This document shows, piece by piece, positions 15,444-19,900 of a stretch of 19,900 nt of DNA (the stretch's first letter is position 1; every line of letters begins with the position of its first letter). The notes under the pieces are model-generated. The model did no database searches and was not told the DNA's origin. It worked only from the letters and a program-made list of their open reading frames with translations. The stretch comes from Armatimonadota bacterium (GTDB lineage: Bacteria; Armatimonadota; Armatimonadia; Armatimonadales; Armatimonadaceae): positions 1-19,900 of the forward strand of contig JAYUUO010000003.1 in assembly GCA_043754515.1 (NCBI GenBank). The letters run 5' to 3'. A program made the position numbers and the translations under genes.

Positions 15444-16466
15444 ATGGCAAACGAATACTCGCCCCTGCGCTGGGGCATTTTAGGATGTGGTTCGATAGCG
15501 AACCGTTTCGCGGACGACGTGTCCGCGCTCCCCGACCACGTGATCCACGCCGCCGGGTCCCGCGATAAGGCGAAATCGGAAGCATTCCTCGCGAAATACG
15601 GCGGCGGGGCGGCGTACGGCTCGTATGACGAATTGGTGACGGATCTCGAAGTTGACGCCGTGTATGTCGCCACTCCGCACCCGTTCCACAAGGAGCACGC
15701 CCTGCTCGCGCTCCACGCCGGGAAGCCGGTGCTGTGCGAGAAGCCGTTCACGGTGAACGCCGCCGAAGCCGCCGAGGTGGTCGCCGAGGCGCGTCTGCGC
15801 GGCATCTTCGTGATGGAGGGGATGTGGTCGCGCTGTTTCCCCGTGATGCGCAAGGTGCGCGAGCTGGTGGAGAGCGGAGCCATCGGGAAGCCGCGCATGA
15901 TTGAGGCCGACTTCGGGTTCCAGTCGGGAGAGACGACGGAAGCGGGCGTGCTGAGCGTCGGCAACCCCAACGGCCGACTCTTCGACCTCAAGCTGGCTGG
16001 CGGCGCACTGATGGACGTAGGTGTGTATGTCGTCTCCCTGGCACAGATGTTCTTCGGCGAGCCGGACAAGGTCGCCGCGGTCGCGACGCTTGGGACTACC
16101 GGCGTGGACGAAAATACCGGCATCGTGCTCGGCTTCCCCGGCGGCGGGATCGGCGTTCTGAGCACGTCTATCCAGACCACGACGCCGTTCAAGGCGACGA
16201 TATTAGGCTCCGCGGGCAAGATCGAGATCCACTCCCCCTGGTGGACCGCGTCGTCGTTCACGGTGCATCGCAAGGGGAAAGACGCGGAGACGATCACCGA
16301 GCCGTTCACGGGCGGCGGCTTCCAGTTCGAGGCGATGCACGTCGCCGACTGCCTCCGGGCGGGGAAGACGGAGTCGGATCTGATCACGCTCGATGAAACG
16401 CTGGCGATCATGCGCACACTGGACAGGGTCCGCGCCGAGATCGGCCTGAAATACCCGATGGAATAG
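15444..16466 (+). CDS. Gfo/Idh/MocA-family NAD(P)-dependent oxidoreductase (sugar/dihydrodiol dehydrogenase-like)
   Basis: RWGILGCGSIA Rossmann motif, VDAVYVATPHPFH, GKPVLCEKP, MEGMWSR, GGALMDVGVY. Start moved to ATG 15444 (MANEYSP). Confidence 0.93.
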   Translation: MANEYSPLRWGILGCGSIANRFADDVSALPDHVIHAAGSRDKAKSEAFLAKYGGGAAYGSYDELVTDLEVDAVYVATPHPFHKEHALLALHAGKPVLCEKPFTVNAAEAAEVVAEARLRGIFVMEGMWSRCFPVMRKVRELVESGAIGKPRMIEADFGFQSGETTEAGVLSVGNPNGRLFDLKLAGGALMDVGVYVVSLAQMFFGEPDKVAAVATLGTTGVDENTGIVLGFPGGGIGVLSTSIQTTTPFKATILGSAGKIEIHSPWWTASSFTVHRKGKDAETITEPFTGGGFQFEAMHVADCLRAGKTESDLITLDETLAIMRTLDRVRAEIGLKYPME

Positions 16467-16474
16467 GAATTATT

Positions 16475-17446
16475 ATGCGAACAGGAACTATACCGGGTTT
16501 AGATAAACCCGTCTCCCGAATTGTCCAGGGGATCATCCAGATCTCCGATAAAGGCGACGAGGGCTTCGCGATGATGGACGCCGTATACGAATCCGGCGTC
16601 AACGCCTTCGACACCGCGCACGTTTACGGCGGCAAAGACGCCCTGATCGGGCGATGGATGCGGGCGCGCGGTCTGCGCGACAAGATCGTCGTGCTGGCGA
16701 AAGGCGCCCACCATAACGATGTCCGCCGCCGCGTCACCCCCTACGACATCGGCGCGGATCTGCACGACACGCTGGCGCGGATGAAGACGGACTACATTGA
16801 TCTGTACGTCCTGCACCGCGACGACCCGGAGTACCCCGTGGAGCCGATCATTGACGCCCTCAACGGCTACGTCAAGGAGGGCAAGATACGGGCGTTCGGC
16901 GGCTCGAACTGGAGCACCGCGCGGGTGAAAGCGGCGAACGACTACGCGAAGGCGAACGGCCTGATCCCGTTCGCGCTGTCCTCGCCAAACTTCTCGCTCG
17001 CCGAACAGGTCGAGGAGCCGTGGGACAACTGCGTGAGCATCTCCGGCCCCGAGAACGAGGCGGCGCGGGAGTTCTACGCCGAGCAGAAGACGCCGCTCTT
17101 CACCTGGTCGAGCATGGCGGGCGGCTTCTGGTCGGGCAAATTCACGCGCGAAAACTTCAAGGCCCTCGGCGAAACCGGCGACTACTTCGAGAAGCTGGCC
17201 GTCAAGTGCTACTGCTACCCGCAGAACTTCGAGCGGCTGGACCGCGCCAAAGAGATCGCGGCGAAGCGTGGCCTGACGATCCCGCAGATCGCGCTGGCGT
17301 ACGTGCTGTCGTACCCGCTCGACATCTACTCGCTGGTCGGATCGGCGACCCCCGACGAGCTGAAGGCGAATATCGCGGCATCGGAGGTCAAGTTGACGCT
17401 GGGGGAGCTGGCGTACCTGGATCTCAAGGCCGATAGCGCGGTTTAG
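16475..17446 (+). CDS. Aldo/keto reductase
   Basis: FDTAHVYG (catalytic Asp/Tyr), LAKGAH (Lys), YIDLYVLHRDD (His), GKIRAFGGSNW, QIALAYVL. Starts 8 nt after the Gfo gene. Confidence 0.93.
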   Translation: MRTGTIPGLDKPVSRIVQGIIQISDKGDEGFAMMDAVYESGVNAFDTAHVYGGKDALIGRWMRARGLRDKIVVLAKGAHHNDVRRRVTPYDIGADLHDTLARMKTDYIDLYVLHRDDPEYPVEPIIDALNGYVKEGKIRAFGGSNWSTARVKAANDYAKANGLIPFALSSPNFSLAEQVEEPWDNCVSISGPENEAAREFYAEQKTPLFTWSSMAGGFWSGKFTRENFKALGETGDYFEKLAVKCYCYPQNFERLDRAKEIAAKRGLTIPQIALAYVLSYPLDIYSLVGSATPDELKANIAASEVKLTLGELAYLDLKADSAV

Positions 17447-17561
17447 CGGCGAGCCCTGGGGATGTGGGCGCGGTCGTGTCATGGCAACCGCGCCTTTTCG
17501 TTCCCGTTTCCGTTCCAACGTACGAATCAAACGCACATACAATAATCGAGCACTCAGCACT

Positions 17562-18446
17562 ATGCCCCGACCATTTGACCGCATGAACGACGGCACGAAC
17601 AACGCGCCGCGCCTCCAGGTCCAGCACTCGCTCTGGTCCCTCGAAAAACTGCCGATGAACGCCGCCCCCGAGGCCCAGTGGAGCATGGAGGAGAAGTTCC
17701 GCCGCGCCCGCGAGGCTGGTTTCGAGGGAATGGAATGCTGGCTGAACGACGAGAACGAGGCGAAGACGAAAGCCGGGCTGGACGCCGCCGGCCTGCGCCT
17801 GACGCTGGGGCATAGCCCCCACTCGCTAGACGATGTGCGCGTCGAGGTCGCCCGCGCCGCGCGCCTCGGGGCGGACTTCATTTTCGCGCACCCGCTCGAC
17901 CCGTACGTGCCGATCCGCGAGGCGGCCGACTTTTGCCGCGAGGGATCGCGCATGGCGGCGGACGTCGGTATGTGCTTCCTGGTCGAGACGCACCGGGGCA
18001 ACATCCCCGAATCGCTGAACCAGGCGTTGCAACTGATCGAGGTGTACCCCGAAGTCCGGCTCACCGGTGACCTGTCGCACTTCGTGCTGATCGGCGAGTT
18101 CTACGGTTGGGAATCCGAGGGCGCGCTGGAGCGGATGATGCCGGTGCTAACGCGCGTCGCGCATTTACACGGCAGGGTCAGCGACGGCGAGTCGGTCCAG
18201 GTGGATGTCGGCGACGGGAGCGGTACCACGCCCCAGTTTTTCGTACGGTTGTGGGCGGCGGCGATGCGGGCGTGGCTGTCGGACGCGAAGCCGGGCGACG
18301 TTTTCCCGTTCGCGAGTGAACTCGGCCCGCCCCGCTACGCCCGGACCCTCCTCGACGGAAGCGAGTATAGCGACCGCTGGGAGCAGAGCCTGGTGATGAA
18401 GCGGCTCGCGGAGCAGGCGTGGCAGACGGCGCATAGCGCGGCGTAG
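17562..18446 (+). CDS. Sugar phosphate isomerase/epimerase-like TIM-barrel protein (xylose isomerase-like/AP endonuclease 2 superfamily)
   Basis: AREAGFEGME, VETHRG, LTGDLSH, HLHGR and SELGPPRY give an E/D/H/E metal-site pattern. Start ATG 17562 (or 17583); TACAAT at 17538-17543 upstream. Confidence 0.8.
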   Translation: MPRPFDRMNDGTNNAPRLQVQHSLWSLEKLPMNAAPEAQWSMEEKFRRAREAGFEGMECWLNDENEAKTKAGLDAAGLRLTLGHSPHSLDDVRVEVARAARLGADFIFAHPLDPYVPIREAADFCREGSRMAADVGMCFLVETHRGNIPESLNQALQLIEVYPEVRLTGDLSHFVLIGEFYGWESEGALERMMPVLTRVAHLHGRVSDGESVQVDVGDGSGTTPQFFVRLWAAAMRAWLSDAKPGDVFPFASELGPPRYARTLLDGSEYSDRWEQSLVMKRLAEQAWQTAHSAA

Positions 18447-18503
18447 TCCCGGCAACCGCGCCGCGCCCGTACTCGAGGCGCGACGCGGTCGCCACGAACG
18501 GCA

Positions 18504-18617
18504 TCAGGGGAACAGTTGCTGGTTCGACGACTGCGCCGCAGCCAGCCGCGCCAGAAACATGTCGCGGGGGATCTCGGTCGCGCCCAGCGCGGCGAAATGC
18601 TCCGTCATCATTTGAAT
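18504..18617 (-). pseudogene. aat: Orphan 3' fragment of leucyl/phenylalanyl-tRNA--protein transferase
   Basis: Manual translation IQMMTEHFAALGATEIPRDMFLARLAAAQSSNQQLFP* matches the Aat C-terminal pattern (D)xQxxTxHLxxLGAxEIxRxxFLxxL. The in-frame sequence further upstream is unrelated. Confidence 0.7.
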
Positions 18618-18862
18618 GATCGCCACCGTCCGCCATTTCCCCGGAATGAACGAAGGAGCGGTTCGTTCCGTCCGCCGCGCCCGCGAGGAGTCGCGCGTTC
18701 AACACCACTACCGCGCCCCATTCATGCCCCGCCTTTCCCGTACCGGCGTGATCCGCTCTATCATGCTTTCGAGATCCGCCTGCTTTATTCCCTTTTCATG
18801 ATGGGGTTTGTGCGATCGTTCGATGCCTACCCCCAAAAAATAACACTGGCTGAACGTCCTAA

Positions 18863-19483
18863 TCAACTGCTTTCTAGTTCGGCCTTGATGTTTTTGGTAA
18901 GAACAACATGCTCTTTAAACTCGTTCAGCGTCAGTATTGCCACATGACGCCCGTGCGTTTCAGCCATGCCCATATGCCCCTTGGAGTTTGCTAAGTATGT
19001 TTCTGCCAGATCACGAAGAAACTCGTGGTTCGACAGTTGCGCCATGATGTACGTTTTATCAAATGCCACGCCGTCCGATGACTTTAGCTTTGTGAGAATA
19101 GCCTTACCAGTAGCATCCATCGGCGGCGGCGGGATACCCATTTCCATGAGAACCGTCGTGACGGCAATGGCCTCCCGCAACTCGAAGTTGGCGAACTCCT
19201 TCGCATGAGCATTGGTGGCCTTGTCCACAGCAATCTCGCTGGTGATTCTTGAGAGCGTGGCTGGCCCGATCACGCCCATATAAAACTGTTTCGCGGTCGC
19301 CGCGTGCGGTTTCGCCATCGGATAATTGTGGCCGGTGTCGGCTTCTGGTTGTTGCGGTTCGGTAGCAGCTACAGCAGGTTTAATCCCGACCAATGCGGCT
19401 GCTCCGAGACCGGCGACCGCCATGCGGGCCAAAAACGCGCGGCGCGAGTTGGCAACTTGCGTATTCTGATTGCTATCTTTCAT
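18863..19483 (-). CDS. Tat-exported DUF4142-like (ferritin-like four-helix) protein, 206 aa
   Basis: ATG 19483 has an AGGAG SD. Twin-arginine signal SRRAFL, h-region and AVA cleavage site. Motifs SEIAVDKATNAHAKEFANFE, AFDKTYIMAQLSNHE and EH resemble DUF4142 proteins. Confidence 0.75.
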   Translation of the reverse strand: MKDSNQNTQVANSRRAFLARMAVAGLGAAALVGIKPAVAATEPQQPEADTGHNYPMAKPHAATAKQFYMGVIGPATLSRITSEIAVDKATNAHAKEFANFELREAIAVTTVLMEMGIPPPPMDATGKAILTKLKSSDGVAFDKTYIMAQLSNHEFLRDLAETYLANSKGHMGMAETHGRHVAILTLNEFKEHVVLTKNIKAELESS

Positions 19484-19714
19484 AGAAATTCTCCTAGCTG
19501 AGACTATGGCCCGGGTGAAGAGCCACATATGGCATTCCCCACACGAATATAATTGTAAACATGGATCGGCACAGCGATTGGTTCCTAACACGAAGATTTG
19601 CAGGTTTGGCAGGATGTAATGATGCACGTCACCGGATGCAAGAGAACGGCCTGATTCCTTGATCTGAGGAATCAGGCCGTCTCTTAAAAGTGGCACTTAT
19701 CCGCCTGCGTTGTC

Positions 19715-19900
19715 TTATTTACCGATATTACCGGTCCACTGTAGGATGGCACGATTGGCAGACACAGGCTTCTCAATGATGGCCGCATGAGCAGCACCGG
19801 GGATGACGACCGAACGGGAGCCGGGCGTGTCCCGGTGGATCTTCTGCTACATCTCCACCGGGTAGATCGGGGCTTCCTGACCCACAAGGGTCAGCACCGG
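19715..19900 (-). pseudogene. Alpha/beta-hydrolase C-terminus with in-frame stop; 5' part lies beyond the right edge
   Basis: Manual translation PVLTLVGQEAPIYPVEM*QKIHRDTPGSRSVVIPGAAHAAIIEKPVSANRAILQWTGNIGK* fits the PxLxLxGxxDxxxP...IPGAxHxxxxExP pattern. TAG at 19847-19849, and Ala where the catalytic Asp is expected. Confidence 0.75.

Noticed and set aside
8051..18064. Long antisense or overlapping ORFs (8051-9328, 9964-10821, 11132-11935, 13464-14270, 15437-16417, 16499-18064)
   Set aside because: Shadow frames of GC-rich genes; Ser/Arg/Pro/Ala-rich with no recognisable motifs.
18178..18947. ORFs 18178-18708 (-), 18516-18947 (+) and 18616-18801 (+)
   Set aside because: They overlap real genes or the aat remnant in other frames and have no convincing protein features.
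14915..19849. Amber (TAG) readthrough or recoding, suggested by in-frame TAGs in the transposase and the hydrolase
   Set aside because: TAG is the true stop of nuoA, nuoC, the GT, the amidohydrolase, Gfo, AKR and the TIM barrel, and both interrupted genes carry other inactivating lesions.
19684..19887. 67-aa minus-strand ORF in the track
   Set aside because: Wrong frame; the hydrolase-like signal is in the frame ending at TAA 19715-19717.
1..19900. CRISPR array, tRNA or rRNA
   Set aside because: No regularly spaced repeats, cloverleaf or rRNA-like sequence were seen in any intergenic region.

Overview
GC-rich bacterial chromosomal window with no rRNA, tRNA or CRISPR array visible. Left arm (minus strand): nuoA-nuoB-nuoC-nuoD, preceded by a Rex/CRP-type palindrome and followed directly, not by nuoE-N, but by a GT4-like glycosyltransferase and a Wzx-type flippase (missed by the ORF track) that runs off the left edge. 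Divergently on the plus strand: a ~1455-aa, probably exported protein made of three tandem amidohydrolase domains, of which only the middle one keeps the metal ligands, then a lone hemC and a small membrane protein. Converging on these is a 999-aa class III cyclase-STAND ATPase-TPR protein. Its probable promoter abuts an internally deleted 831-bp IS66 (ISBst12-type) remnant with recognisable inverted repeats and an 8-bp target duplication. Next is a Gfo/Idh/MocA oxidoreductase, aldo-keto reductase and TIM-barrel sugar isomerase-like cluster. The window ends with an orphan 3' fragment of aat and an AT-richer segment carrying a Tat-exported DUF4142-like protein and a decayed alpha/beta-hydrolase. 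No clear-cut novel system was found. The best leads are the active/pseudo-enzyme triple amidohydrolase, the IS-end mutation that creates an extended -10 box, and the split complex I operon coupled to polysaccharide genes. All family calls come from motif recognition by eye, not database searches.
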